Shown in pieces: positions 9,066 to 21,886 of a stretch of DNA of 64,000 bases. Under the pieces are notes generated by a model. That model saw nothing but the letters and a program-made list of their open reading frames with translations. It was not told the origin of the DNA and did not search any database. This stretch comes from Planctomycetota bacterium (GTDB lineage: Bacteria; Planctomycetota; B15-G4), in NCBI GenBank assembly GCA_965248575.1, contig CBDFJQ010000002.1, positions 4,320,001 through 4,384,000 on the forward strand, given 5' to 3'. How positions within the stretch are numbered: position 1 is the stretch's first letter; the number at the start of each line of letters is the position of its first letter. The translations under genes and the position numbers were made by a program.

Positions 9066-9416
9066 GGCTGGGCCGGTTCGGGGGGCAGTGCCAAATCTGG
9101 CACCGGAACTGGGCTTCCATCGGCTAGCTGCCGGAGATGCCTTGAGCGGATTGCCATCGATTCGGGGGTCGGGAGCGGGGGATGACCCGGTCGAACGCAC
9201 GCCAGGTGGGGAATCGGACCCGAAACTCACCAGGAGGACGGTGGTTACGCCTCCGCCGGTAGGTTCCTATGGGCAGCTGACGACGGTCTGACGCTGCCAT
9301 TGGGGGTCAACCCAGCGGCACGTCCGGTCGATGAAGACTCTCGCCCTTCGCGGGGCGAGCCGGGGTTCCCGAACCCTCCCCGGGCTAAGTCAGGATCAAT
9401 CAGTGGAGATGGGCCC

Positions 9417-10187
9417 ATGCGGTTGCCATTCGGGCGGAAGTCCAAAGACGACGAGGCCGAGGCTGCCAACCGGCCCGACCCGCTCGACGACGATCTGGTC
9501 GTCCTCATGGACCCCTCCCTCGACAGCAAGCTCGTGGTCTATCAAGAGCCGCGCAGCTTCCCGTCGGAGCAGTACCGGAGCTTCCGCACCAACCTGCGGG
9601 CCATGAACCCGGGGGATGCGCCGCGCACCCTGATGTTCACGTCCACCTCACCGGACGAGGGCAAGAGCACCACCATCGCGAACATTGCCCTGAGCCTGGC
9701 TGAGTTCTCGAATCTCAAGGTCTGTCTGATCGACATGGACCTGCGCTCGCCCAAGGTGCACGACTTCTTCGGCTTGCCGGTGGGACCCGGGGTGGTCGAC
9801 GTCCTGCTCGACCGCACGAACCCGCGCAAGGTGTTGCAGCCCGGCAGCTCGCCCAACCTCTCGGTGATCACGGCGGGGCGGCCCACCAACAAGATCAACG
9901 AAGTGACGTCCTCCGAGTACATGCAGGACTTCGTCGGGTTCCTGAAGCAGCAGTACAACTACATCCTGATCGACACGCCGCCCTGCGGTCTGTTCGGTGA
10001 TGCGTCCGAGATGAGCAAGGTCGTGGACGGCGTGATCCTCGTGGTGGCCATCGGGCAGACCATGAAGCGACAGGCGGACGCGACCATCTCGACGCTCAAC
10101 AACGCGGGCGCCAACATCATCGGCACCTTCGTGACCCATGTGCGTTCGGCTGAACCCACCGTCGTGCCGGACCTTGAAGAAGTCTGA
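9417..10187 (+). CDS. CpsD/CapB-type BY-kinase / MinD-superfamily P-loop ATPase, without tyrosine cluster
   Basis: EQYRSFRTNL, Walker A TSPDEGKST, A' IDMDLRSP, Walker B ILIDTPP; GGAGA RBS. Confidence 0.88.
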   Translation: MRLPFGRKSKDDEAEAANRPDPLDDDLVVLMDPSLDSKLVVYQEPRSFPSEQYRSFRTNLRAMNPGDAPRTLMFTSTSPDEGKSTTIANIALSLAEFSNLKVCLIDMDLRSPKVHDFFGLPVGPGVVDVLLDRTNPRKVLQPGSSPNLSVITAGRPTNKINEVTSSEYMQDFVGFLKQQYNYILIDTPPCGLFGDASEMSKVVDGVILVVAIGQTMKRQADATISTLNNAGANIIGTFVTHVRSAEPTVVPDLEEV

Positions 10188-10230
10188 AGTCTGAGGGCCT
10201 TCCGCCGCCGGTCGCAGCTTCAGGGCTGAA

Positions 10231-11757
10231 TCAGGGCAGCGTCGCCCAGGCCGGCAGTTGGGTCAGGTCCGCGCCGAAGACGGTGCCTGAGATCAACCAG
10301 AACACGAGCAGCAGGAGCGTCACGCCCAGGGCGTTGAACCAGATGCCGGCGCGCACCATCTCTCGCATGGGCACATAGCCCGAGCTGTAGACGATGGCGG
10401 CCGGGGGCGTGGCGACCGGCATCATGAAGGCGCAGCTCGCCGAAAGGGTGGCGGGGATCATCAGCAGTCGCGGGTCCACGCCCAGGGTCACAGCCGCCGT
10501 GGCGAGGATCGGCAGCACCATTTCGGCCGTGGCGATGTTGCTCGTGAGCTCCGTGAGCAAGGTCAGGGAGACGCAGACTGCGATGACAACGAGCCAGGGC
10601 GACATCCCCTGCAGGGACTCGAACTGGCCGCCGGCCCATTGGGAGAGCCCCGACTGGGTGAAGCCGGAGGCGAGCGCGAAGCCTCCGCCGAACAGCAGCA
10701 AGATGCCCCAGGGCACTTGAGTCGTCATGGGCCATTCGAGCAGGCGCTCGGCCGGGCGTTCGGACGACGGAATCATGAACAACAAGAGCGACATGGCGAC
10801 GGCCACGACTGCGTCGTCGATCTTGCCCTGCAAGCCCAACAGCTCCCCCCAACCCGGCAGGCGCGTCTCGCCCAACGTCAGCCCGGCGCGCGTCACCCAG
10901 AGCACGGCCGTGGCGACAAAGATCGTTGCGGCCCAGCGTTCGTCCCGGGACATGGCGCCCAGTTCTCGACGCATGCGGCCGATGGTCTCGTGGCCGCCGA
11001 GCAACTCTCCCCCAGGAAGGCGCACCACGACTCTCGTCAGCAGCAGCCAGCCCAGGATCAGGAAGCTGGCGGAGAAGGGCAGCGCGAGCATCATCCACTG
11101 CAGGAAGTCCACCTCGGGCGCGCCGGGGAAGAGGATGATGAACAGACGCGAGAAGGCGAGGTTGGGCGGCGTGCCCACCAAGGTCGCCATGCCACCCATG
11201 TTGGCGGAATAGGCCACGCCCAGCAGGATCGCTAGCCCTAGGCGCGCCACCAGGGCGTCCTCGGCGCCGCGCTCCCGGGCCGTTGCCAGCACGGACAACA
11301 CGATGGGCAACATGAGCATCGTGGTGGAGGTGTTGCTGATCCACATGGACAAGGCCCAGGTGGCGAGCATGAAGCCCAGCACGAGTCGGCGCGGTTGCGC
11401 GCCGACCTTGTGCACGATGAACAAGGCGATGCGCTTGTGCACGCCGGAGGTCTGCAAGCCCAGGGCGATCAGGAAGCCGCCCAGGAACAGGAAGATGGTG
11501 GAGCGGCTGTAGTTCACCGCCACCTCGGCGATGGGCGCGATGCCTGCGACGGGCACGAGGATCAAGGGCAGCAGGCCGGTCATGGCCACGGGCACGACCT
11601 CGGTGATCCACCAGGCCGCCATCCAGGCGGCGATGCCTGCCATGCGCCCGATGGCGGGGTCGTCGCCGGGCGAAAGGGCGACCATGAGCGCACCCAGGGC
11701 AGGCCCCAGCAGCAGCGCCCACCACGGACGTTTGGCCGGGGTCGTGATGATCTCCAT
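10231..11757 (-). CDS. DASS/SLC13 family Na+/dicarboxylate or sulfate symporter
   Basis: WWITEVVP, LSMWISNTST, GGMATLVGTPPN, LTELTSN, CAFMMPVATPP. Confidence 0.93.
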   Translation of the reverse strand: MEIITTPAKRPWWALLLGPALGALMVALSPGDDPAIGRMAGIAAWMAAWWITEVVPVAMTGLLPLILVPVAGIAPIAEVAVNYSRSTIFLFLGGFLIALGLQTSGVHKRIALFIVHKVGAQPRRLVLGFMLATWALSMWISNTSTTMLMLPIVLSVLATARERGAEDALVARLGLAILLGVAYSANMGGMATLVGTPPNLAFSRLFIILFPGAPEVDFLQWMMLALPFSASFLILGWLLLTRVVVRLPGGELLGGHETIGRMRRELGAMSRDERWAATIFVATAVLWVTRAGLTLGETRLPGWGELLGLQGKIDDAVVAVAMSLLLFMIPSSERPAERLLEWPMTTQVPWGILLLFGGGFALASGFTQSGLSQWAGGQFESLQGMSPWLVVIAVCVSLTLLTELTSNIATAEMVLPILATAAVTLGVDPRLLMIPATLSASCAFMMPVATPPAAIVYSSGYVPMREMVRAGIWFNALGVTLLLLVFWLISGTVFGADLTQLPAWATLP

Positions 11758-11885
11758 GGCACCTGGGTTAACCGAATGCCCTGCAGATCTCCAGTGATGC
11801 CGGCCTCCAGCCCGGCCTTGTTCGTCGGGTCGCTCCCCGGCAGGCTGGCTGACCACCCCGCGGACCAACCCACGGAGCAGTCGTC

Positions 11886-12059
11886 TTGCATCGCCTTGTC
11901 GCACGCATTCCCGCGCTGCTCCTCTTGGGGGTGGTGCTGCTCGGAGCCCTGGTGGCCATGAACGGCCTGGGGGAAGCCGGTGATCTCGTGGCCACGGCCC
12001 CGGCAGCCGTCTTGTTGGTGGCCTACCTACGCGCCGGACGGCGGGGGGGCGGGGCATGA
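11886..12059 (+). CDS. Small 57-aa membrane protein (not in ORF track)
   Basis: TTG start after GGAG; two hydrophobic segments (IPALLLLGVVLLGALVAM, LVATAPAAVLLVAYL); stop overlaps the next ATG (ATGA). Confidence 0.5.
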   Translation: MHRLVARIPALLLLGVVLLGALVAMNGLGEAGDLVATAPAAVLLVAYLRAGRRGGGA

Positions 12060-12697
12060 ACCTCAGCCTGCCCAACCCCGTGGCCGCCGACTATCGCTTG
12101 GCTTTGCTGGTGGCGACTTTCCTGGTGGCGGTGCACGCCTACCGCAAGCTGTCGCCCTACTTCGCCATGACCTGGCTCGGTGCGGGTCTGCTTTTCGGTG
12201 CGTTGTGGGGCAGCCCGTCCTGGCGCCTGCCAGACGCCGTGCGGCCGGAAGTGGTGCTGCTTCCGGCGGTGCTCTTCTATCTCTCGGCGGCCGTCACCAA
12301 GGGTTTGGTGGAAACGCGCGACGGCGTACGTGGCAACCACTTCGTGCACGTGCTCATGACGGGGGTCATTGGCGGAGTGCTCGCGTTGCCCATCGAGTAC
12401 GCGGGACGCACGGCGGCCTGGCAGTTGCCCAGCACGGGCGTCCCGGAGCGAAACGGATTGGACGATGTGGTGGGTGGCCTGGTGGGTGCCGCTGAGGAGG
12501 GAGTCATCGGCGCCACGGAGTTGGCCGGTGTGCCGCTCGCCGTCGTGGCGGGCTGGGCTGTGGCCGCCACGGCCTTCTACGGCACCTACAAGATCCTCGA
12601 CCACATCGGGCTGAGCAAGGCGCTGCAATGCGTGTTGCTGTTCGTGGCCATGCCCTTCGTGGTTCAGGGCGTCGAGGCGCTCAACGCCTTGCTCTAG
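12056..12697 (+). CDS. Integral membrane protein, weak resemblance to CruF/DUF422 family
   Basis: About 6 hydrophobic segments; AGVPLAVVAGW resembles the GVPLxNxxGW motif. Confidence 0.6.
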   Translation: MNLSLPNPVAADYRLALLVATFLVAVHAYRKLSPYFAMTWLGAGLLFGALWGSPSWRLPDAVRPEVVLLPAVLFYLSAAVTKGLVETRDGVRGNHFVHVLMTGVIGGVLALPIEYAGRTAAWQLPSTGVPERNGLDDVVGGLVGAAEEGVIGATELAGVPLAVVAGWAVAATAFYGTYKILDHIGLSKALQCVLLFVAMPFVVQGVEALNALL

Positions 12698-12724
12698 AGT
12701 TTGGGCCCGGTTTCGGGGCGAGCT

Positions 12725-14829
12725 TCAGGCCGGGGGCGGCGTGAGAATCAGCGCGCCCAAGGGCGGTAGGTCCAGCACCACGGACTGAGGCATCCCGTGA
12801 CAGCCTTCCGGCTGCGTGTCGATCTGCGTCGTGGCCTGCATGCCGTTGCCGCTGCCGCCAAAGTCTTCGGCGTCGCTGTTCAGCGCGACATGATAGGCGC
12901 CCTCGACGGGTGCACCGATGCGATAGGCCAGGCGCGGCACCGGCGTCATGTTCAGCACCACGAGCACGTGCTCTCCATCTGCCCAGCGCTGGTACGAGTA
13001 GACCGACTGCTCCCGGTCTTCGCAGTCGATCCAGGCGAAGTTGCCCGGGTCGGGGTCGCCCCGCCAGAGGCAGGGGGTGTCCCGGTAGAGCGCACCCAGC
13101 GTCGCCAGCAGCTTGTGCATGCCCTGGCGGTCGGCCTGATCACTGAGGTGCCAGTCGAGGCTGCTGTCGTGGTCCCACTCTTGTTCGCTGGCCAGCTCGG
13201 TGCCCATGAACAGCAGCTTCTTGCCGGGCCGTGAGAACTGGTAGCAGAGCAGCAGGCGCAGGTTGGCGAGCTTCTGCCACGGGTCACCGTGCATCTTGGC
13301 GTAGAGCGAACCCTTGCCGTGCACCACCTCGTCGTGGGAGAGGGGCATGAGGAAGCGCTCGGTGTCCTCATACATCATGGGGAAGGTGACGGCGTCGTGG
13401 TGGTGCGGCCGGAACAGCGGGTCGGTGCCGAAGTACTTGAGGCTGTCGTGCATCCAGCCCAGGTTCCACTTGAGGTGGAAGCCCAGGCCGCCGTCGGCGA
13501 TGGGGGCCGTGACGCCGGGCCAGGAGGTGGACTCCTCGGCCACGGTGATGCAGCCCGGCGTTTCTTCGCGCACCAGCGTATTCAGTTGCTTCAGGAACTC
13601 CAAGGCGTCGAGGTTCTCGCGCCCACCGTGCTCGTTGGGCACCCACTCCCCGGCGTCGCGGCTGTAGTCGAGGTAGAGCATCGACGCCACAGCGTCCACG
13701 CGCAGCCCGTCGATGTGGAACTCCTGCAGCCAGTAAAGGGCGTTGGACAGAAGCAGGTTGGCCACCTCATGCCGACCGTAGTTGAAGATCAGCGTGTCCC
13801 AATCCGGGTGGCGGCCTTTGCGCGGGTCCTCGTGCTCGTAGAGCGGCGTGCCGTCGAACTTCGCCAGGCCGTGGTCGTCGCCTGGGAAGTGCGCCGGCAC
13901 CCAGTCGAGCAGCACTCCGATGCCGGCTTGGTGCAGGCTGTCGATCAGGAAGCGCAGGTCGTCGGGGGTGCCGTAGCGCGAGGTGGGCGCGAAGTAGCCC
14001 GTGACCTGGTAGCCCCAGGAACCGCCGAAGGGGTGCTCCATGACCGGCATCAGCTCGACGTGCGTGAAGCCCAACTCCAGCACGCGCTCCACCAGCAGCG
14101 GGGCGATCTCCCGGTAGCTCAGGCTGCGGTTGCCGTCCTCCGAGCGCCGGGCCCAGCTGCCCAAGTGCACCTCATACGCAGACAGGGGCGAGCGCAGCGG
14201 ATCCCAGCTGCGGCGCGCCTGCATCCATTCGGCGTCACCCCAGTGGTAGGAGTCCGGCGCCATGACGCAGCTGGCGTGCCCCGGGGGTTGCTCCGTCCAG
14301 ACGCCGTAGGGGTCGGTCTTGAGCAGGATGTCGCCGGCCGCCGTCTCGATCTCGAACTTGTAGAAGACGCCGGGCTCGACGCCGGGAAGGAAGCGCTCGT
14401 GCACGCCCGAAGTCCCGAGCGGGCGCAGGGGCCAGCGGCTGCCGTCCCAATCGCAGAAGTCGCCCACCACCGAGACGCGCCGGGCGGCGGGCGCCCAGAC
14501 CGCGAAGGCCGTGCCCACCTCGCCCATGAGCGTCATGGGGTGCGCACCGAGCTTCTTGTCAATGCGCTTGAAGTGCCCTTCCGCGAAAAGGTGCAGGTCC
14601 GTCTCGCTCAGGGTCGGGGCGAAGCGTTCCTTGATGGGGGCAGTGATGGGAGCGGGTGCCGGAGCGGCGCTCGACTTCGCAGCAGCCTTGCCCGCGCCGC
14701 GACCGGAGGCTTTCTTCGCGCCGGTCTTCTTTGCACTGGCCTTCTTCGTGCTGGCCTTGGGCGCTGCCTTCTTGCGCACGGCTTTCTTGCGCACGCTCGG
14801 CTTCTTCTTGTTGGGTTCTGGGGCGGGGC

Positions 14830-14833
<4 letters not shown>
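12725..14833 (-). CDS. glgB: 1,4-alpha-glucan branching enzyme
   Basis: YEVHLGSW, SWGYQ, DWVPAHFP, DGLRVDAVASMLY, AEEST, LSHDEVVHGK. GTG start coupled to the glgX stop. Confidence 0.97.
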
Positions 14834-16962
<2,129 letters not shown>

Positions 16963-17233
16963 GTGCGCGCCAGTGTAGGGGGCGGCAGGGCCGGTTTCAC
17001 GGCGCGTGCAACAGAGATTGCGCTCGGGATGCGGGGGCGTGTGCGTGGGCGTACGCGCGGGACGGCAGCGCTTCGCTCAGACGGGGCGTGTCCGGGCAAA
17101 TAGAGAAAAGCCAGCGCTGGTTGCCCGAGGTCGCTTCTCGTCGACCTACCCAGCGCTGACCCTCTCTGAGGAGGAGACTAGACCGGGATTTGGAGGTGGG
17201 CAAATGGGGCCCGGGCGGCCAGCCAGCCGCCCG

Positions 17234-17695
17234 CTAGTTCTCAACCATCGAAATGGGGAAGCCTTCGCCGCCTGCGACCACGAACGTCAGGTTCTTGGAC
17301 GTCGGTTCGAAGAGCATTTCTTCGAGCTGGGTCGGTTGCAGGGCCGGGTCGGTGCCCTCCTGCCCGGGGGGCACCACATGCAGCATCGTGCGACCCAGGA
17401 TCTGAGGCGGATCGAGGTCGAGGGAGAGCTGCAGCGTCAGGCTGATCTTGCGCAGCTCGCTGAAGAACAGGGGGTTGAAGCTCTCGGGGTCGATCGACCT
17501 GCTGCTGCCAACCGCGACGACACTCGCCAAGTCAGCCTCGCGGTGGGGCGGAGGCGGCGAGGTGACGACGGGGTAGGGGACGAGGGCGCCTGCCGTGTCG
17601 TTCTGAAGCTGGATTGTGTAGTCGCCGGCGCAGCTCGTGGCGAAGAGGGCGAGCAGGCACGAGGCGAGAAGGCGGGATCGGTGTTGGGTGTGCAT
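17234..17695 (-). CDS. Hypothetical lipoprotein
   Basis: Signal peptide ending FATSC; AGGAGG RBS upstream. Confidence 0.65.
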   Translation of the reverse strand: MHTQHRSRLLASCLLALFATSCAGDYTIQLQNDTAGALVPYPVVTSPPPPHREADLASVVAVGSSRSIDPESFNPLFFSELRKISLTLQLSLDLDPPQILGRTMLHVVPPGQEGTDPALQPTQLEEMLFEPTSKNLTFVVAGGEGFPISMVEN

Positions 17696-17828
17696 GTGGT
17701 TTCCTCCTTTTCCAGCTGCCAGGGTACAGGAGGCTCAGGCGCCTGCGTGGTCGGTTTGGGTCGGTTCCAGGCGGTGCTTGGTCGCGCATGAGTTGGTGCC
17801 TCTAGTCTTGAAGAGTTCCTCGCTCCCT

Positions 17829-20800
17829 CTATGGATTGTCGCTCTTGGCCGGCTCGTCACCGCTCAACCGCCTCAAGAGTGACTCGGTTTCCCTGCGATC
17901 TGCGTCGCCTTCCGATAGACGATCGACCTGCACTCGGGCGGAAGATTCGGCTAACTCTCGGGACTCCTTGAGTCGGCCGGCGGCCTCGAACGCCATGGCG
18001 AGCGCGTACCTGGAGCGCGCAAGCTGCAGGTTGTCCTGCTGGAGGAGTTCCAAGCGTCGGTTCAGCGTGTCCTGTAGCAGTTCCACGGCCTCATCGACCC
18101 GGCCGGCTGCAGTGAGTGTCTCTCCGAGCTGGTTCGCGAACATCAATCGCTGTGTTTCCAGAATCCGGGCGCCTACGTTTCCATCGGCTTTCGCAAGCTC
18201 CACGAGTGCACGCCTGGATCCAGATTCCGCATCCTCGAAGCGTCGCTGCCACCTTCTGCAAACAGCCAGGTTGTGTCGAGCTGTTGCAAGCGCAGTCCAC
18301 TCGACGGGTGACCGGGACTGTTCCTCCTCGAGAATCGATGTGCAGATCGGGGTGGCGAGATGGATTTGTCGGTCACGAATCAGTGCGACGGCGAGGTTGT
18401 TCTTCAGCTGTGCTGTTCTCGGGTGCCCAGGGCCGAGCGATTCCTCGAAGATGCGCAACGCAGAGCTGAGGTAGCGAGTTGCTTCTGCGAACGAGCGCAG
18501 CTCTACCAGGATGAGTGCGAGATTCTCCATGCTGGCTGCGGTGGAGTAGTGATTCGGGCCCTTGGTCTGCAAGGAGATCCGATAGGCTCGGCGGGCCCAC
18601 GGCTCCGCCTCCTTCTGTCGCCCTTGGATGCCGAAGGCGACGCCAATGTTGTGAATCGTCCGAACAGTGCTCGCGTGATTTGGGCCGAAGAGTTTCTCGC
18701 GGACCTTCAGCGCTTCCTCGTAGTACTCGAACGCGGCCGGCTCGTCGTGGAAGAGCTGGCCGAGGTTGTCGAGGATGGCCCCGATGACGCCGGCCTGCTG
18801 GCGCTCTTCCTGCTTGCAGATCTCGAGGGCTTCCAGGAAGTACTTCTTCGAACGCTCCCGGTCTCGACGTAGGTACGCGTGACCGAGGTTGTTCACGTAG
18901 ACGCCGGTACGAGCTGTGCCCTTGCCGTAGAGTTTCTGCGCTGCCTCGAGTGCTCGCTCGTACTGGAGGACCTGCTCCTTGTGGAGGCCGATGTCTCCGA
19001 AGAACGAGGCAAGGTCGTTCAAGCCCGCGATCAGCACATCGCCGGCCACGGTAGGTTCCCAGTCACGCAGGCCCGTCTGATAGGCATCGGCTGGGCTGTG
19101 TGTACCGGCGAGTCGCCTCCACAACTGCATGAGTTCGACGCGGGTACGATCGGGTTGCTTGGGGCTGGCCTGCAGGAACGGAATCGACCCCAAGGTTCTG
19201 GATGCTTCGTCGAGCAGCCCCGCCTCGATCTGCTGGTGGGGGAGCTCTTCAACGACGCGCGCAGAAAGCGGTTGTGTTGAGAAGTACGTTGCAAGCAGTT
19301 CATGTGCTGTGGTCCGCGCCTCAACACTGTTGAGGTATCGACGGCGGACAGCATCCACCAGGCTTTCGTGAGAGGGGCGAAGCAGGCCGGAAGGCCTTGC
19401 GAGATGCCCGTCAAGGTTCGCCATGAGGACTGAATAACGGATTCCGTCGAGCTGAACTCTGGAAGGGAGGATCTCCAGGAGCTCCTCTTCCGTCAGTCCC
19501 CGACGTGCGGACACCAGGGATGCCAGCGTCGTGGCCACGAGGCCCGGGCCATCACCGTCTCCGTCCAAGCGCTTCTCCAATCGCTCGAGCACGATGCCAA
19601 AGAGCCCTTCGATCGATTGCGCACTCAGCAAGCTGTTGAGCGTTTCCTCGAGCTTGCGCCACGAGCCGGTCATGTGGAGTTCCACAAGCAGCGTCCGCAG
19701 GAAAAGCGGATTCTGCGTGGTGTGTTGCGCCGACAGCCGCGCTTCATGCGCCGAGTCCAGACGCTTTCCTAGAGACGACAGGTACTGCCGCAAGAGGGTG
19801 AGTCGCTCAGCCTCCGACAGAGGTGGGACGGGGACAGGCCGCCAACTCCGGGCTCGCATCACGTCGGTGACCCTGCCCACCCGCGCAGATGCCACGATCT
19901 GAACGTTGGCTGGGAGCTTCGGGAGCCAAGTCAGTTCCCGCGACGAACTCGATTCGTCCAGCTGGTCCAGCCCATCGATCACGAGGACGAGCGTCTGTTC
20001 TTCCGGGAGCCTCGTGAACCGGTCATGTAATGCGGGTCGGAGAGAACCCATGTCCGACGGGACCTCACCTTCCAATCCGTGGCGAGTGCGTAGGAACTCA
20101 CAGAGACGGAGACCGATCTCGAGAGCTGCTTCGTGCATGGAGCCCGCACCAGCGAAGTGATGGAAGACGCTGACCCGGGGCGATCGATCCGCTTGCACAA
20201 GCGACCAATGCGCGAGGATGGAGGTCTTGCCGATGCCAGCCGGGCCCTCAAGGAACGCGGCCTGCCCTGCGTCGACGGCCTCATCCAGGGCTTTCTCGAT
20301 CGAACTGCGTACGACATGCTGGGCCGCTTGAACCCGAGCGAAGTGCTCGTGATGACGATCGAGACCAGCCTCCTCACCGGTGTTCTCCGTGTCCCGCAAC
20401 ACTTCCCGAATCTGCTCACGCAGGTCGGAGTACACACGCTGTGAGAATTCCTCGATGCGTTCGTACTCCGGACCGCGGTAGCCCGCATGCTTGCGCACCT
20501 GTTCCTTGAGTTCAGCGAGTCTGGGCAAGCCCGAGTGGGCATTGCGCTCATCGGGCGCCTGAGTCTCGTCGTGCCGGACATAGAGCAGCGGCCTGGAAGA
20601 CTCCGCGTGCAGGCCCAGGGAGCCATATCGGAGTTCGAGTTCAAAGACGCTCCTGTCGACGGTGTCCCTGAGCCACGGATGTCGTTCGAGTGTTGATGAA
20701 GGGATGGAGTGTGCGCGGCTACCGTAGCGAGAGCCCAGCATGCCCACGAAGAACGGGCGGCAATTGTCGATCTCGCTGAGGCAGGTTTCGACCACGTCTC

Positions 20801-21044
20801 CCCGGCTCGACTGCTCGCGCGTGATTCCCCAGCGGAGATCGACGGCGACGATGGAGACGGCACGACCGGAGAACTCACGGCGAAGTCGTGGGAACACGCC
20901 CTGCAGGAGCTCGGTGCGTTCCTCTTGCATGTCCTCAAAGGTTGAGGAGATGAACACGCGGATCACGCCCGTCGGATTCCCGGTGCCAGTCGCTTGCCGG
21001 CCCGGGTGTCGTGAATCGTCAGTGGGGCGGTTCGATTGGGCCAA
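17829..21044 (-). CDS. DUF4062 + NACHT/STAND NTPase + TPR protein (NPHP3/TEP1-like architecture)
   Basis: IRVFISSTFEDMQEER...VDLRWGI...FFVGMLGSRYG (DUF4062), Walker A GPAGIGKTS, Walker B LVIDGLDQL, NPLFL, kinesin-light-chain-type TPRs (GPNH, GPGHP). Confidence 0.88.
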   Translation of the reverse strand: MAQSNRPTDDSRHPGRQATGTGNPTGVIRVFISSTFEDMQEERTELLQGVFPRLRREFSGRAVSIVAVDLRWGITREQSSRGDVVETCLSEIDNCRPFFVGMLGSRYGSRAHSIPSSTLERHPWLRDTVDRSVFELELRYGSLGLHAESSRPLLYVRHDETQAPDERNAHSGLPRLAELKEQVRKHAGYRGPEYERIEEFSQRVYSDLREQIREVLRDTENTGEEAGLDRHHEHFARVQAAQHVVRSSIEKALDEAVDAGQAAFLEGPAGIGKTSILAHWSLVQADRSPRVSVFHHFAGAGSMHEAALEIGLRLCEFLRTRHGLEGEVPSDMGSLRPALHDRFTRLPEEQTLVLVIDGLDQLDESSSSRELTWLPKLPANVQIVASARVGRVTDVMRARSWRPVPVPPLSEAERLTLLRQYLSSLGKRLDSAHEARLSAQHTTQNPLFLRTLLVELHMTGSWRKLEETLNSLLSAQSIEGLFGIVLERLEKRLDGDGDGPGLVATTLASLVSARRGLTEEELLEILPSRVQLDGIRYSVLMANLDGHLARPSGLLRPSHESLVDAVRRRYLNSVEARTTAHELLATYFSTQPLSARVVEELPHQQIEAGLLDEASRTLGSIPFLQASPKQPDRTRVELMQLWRRLAGTHSPADAYQTGLRDWEPTVAGDVLIAGLNDLASFFGDIGLHKEQVLQYERALEAAQKLYGKGTARTGVYVNNLGHAYLRRDRERSKKYFLEALEICKQEERQQAGVIGAILDNLGQLFHDEPAAFEYYEEALKVREKLFGPNHASTVRTIHNIGVAFGIQGRQKEAEPWARRAYRISLQTKGPNHYSTAASMENLALILVELRSFAEATRYLSSALRIFEESLGPGHPRTAQLKNNLAVALIRDRQIHLATPICTSILEEEQSRSPVEWTALATARHNLAVCRRWQRRFEDAESGSRRALVELAKADGNVGARILETQRLMFANQLGETLTAAGRVDEAVELLQDTLNRRLELLQQDNLQLARSRYALAMAFEAAGRLKESRELAESSARVQVDRLSEGDADRRETESLLRRLSGDEPAKSDNP

Positions 21045-21346
21045 TGGTTGGCGGAGGGCGGAGGGGAACTGCTCGGGGTTGACCGACCTCTCAAGAATGT
21101 TGCAGATGTCCTAGATCTTGTTCATTCCCAATTCCTACTCGCCGACTGGGGTCCCTTGGTTGAATGCCCTCGTCGTTCAGAGGCTGGGTGCTGGCATCGT
21201 CTCCGAATCCCGATCTGAGAGCGCTGCCTGGGATCAGTCCTCGGCCAGCAGCGCTTGCCAGGTCAGCAGCCGCGCGATGGGTGGGTCCGCGCGTGTGCCG
21301 CCGAGAGGCTGAAGCAGGCCCGAGGTTTCGACGGCGAAGGCCGGCC

Positions 21347-21831
21347 GGAGGCCCAGCACAACGCCATTCGCGGAATCGGCTGGGATCCAGGGTCTGGGCC
21401 GCTTTTCGCCAATCAGTCAATCACCTGATATGGATGACAATCGATGAGACATCCAGGTGACCCAGGCCCTTTCCCGAGCCACCCATGACCTCCCCCCTGG
21501 CCCGCTGGGTGAGCGGCCAGACGCTGTTCCTGCGGATCACCGGCCTGAGCGTGGTGCTGCTGCCGACGAGCGTCTTCAACCGGCACGCCGTCCTGCTGCA
21601 CATCGCTCTCGGCCCGATCTTCCTGCCGCCCTTCCTGCTCTACACGTGGCGGCACGTGCGCGACGACTGGGACGACCCGCTCTCGCACGGCAAGTTCACT
21701 GGCTGGGTGTCGGGCGGCATGGCCGTGGTCCGTCTCCTGTTCGGTGTGCTGCTCACCTGGAATGGGCTGTTCGATGTGCGCCGCAGCGAGACCTGGCGCA
21801 TGGTTCACATCGTCACCACCGTGGGCCTCGT
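21347..21831 (+). repeat. Diverged copy of 24537-25095 (upstream region and 5' end of the multiheme cytochrome gene)
   Basis: Long near-identical stretches, e.g. CATCCAGGTGACCCAGGCCCT, CTGCCGCCCTTCCTGCTCTACACGTGGCGGCACGTGCGCGAC, CACATCGTCACCACCGTGGGCCTCGT. Confidence 0.95.
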
Positions 21832-21886
21832 CGACGCCTGCGTGGTGCTTGGGCCGAAGCTCGCCGTGTTATCTTGGGCTCGATGA
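21485..21886 (+). pseudogene. Truncated paralog of the membrane N-terminus of the 24668 cytochrome (133 aa, no heme motifs)
   Basis: Protein matches the N-terminus of the 24668 ORF with a 27-codon in-frame deletion and diverges after VTTVGLV. Its stop overlaps the next ATG. Confidence 0.75.

Noticed and set aside
7030..10187. Magnetosome gene island
   Set aside because: Only mamK is recognisable; no mamA/B/E/M/O/P/Q-like ORFs are in the window.
9417..10187. Capsule biosynthesis locus
   Set aside because: No wza, wzb, wzx, wzy or chain-length regulator gene is adjacent.
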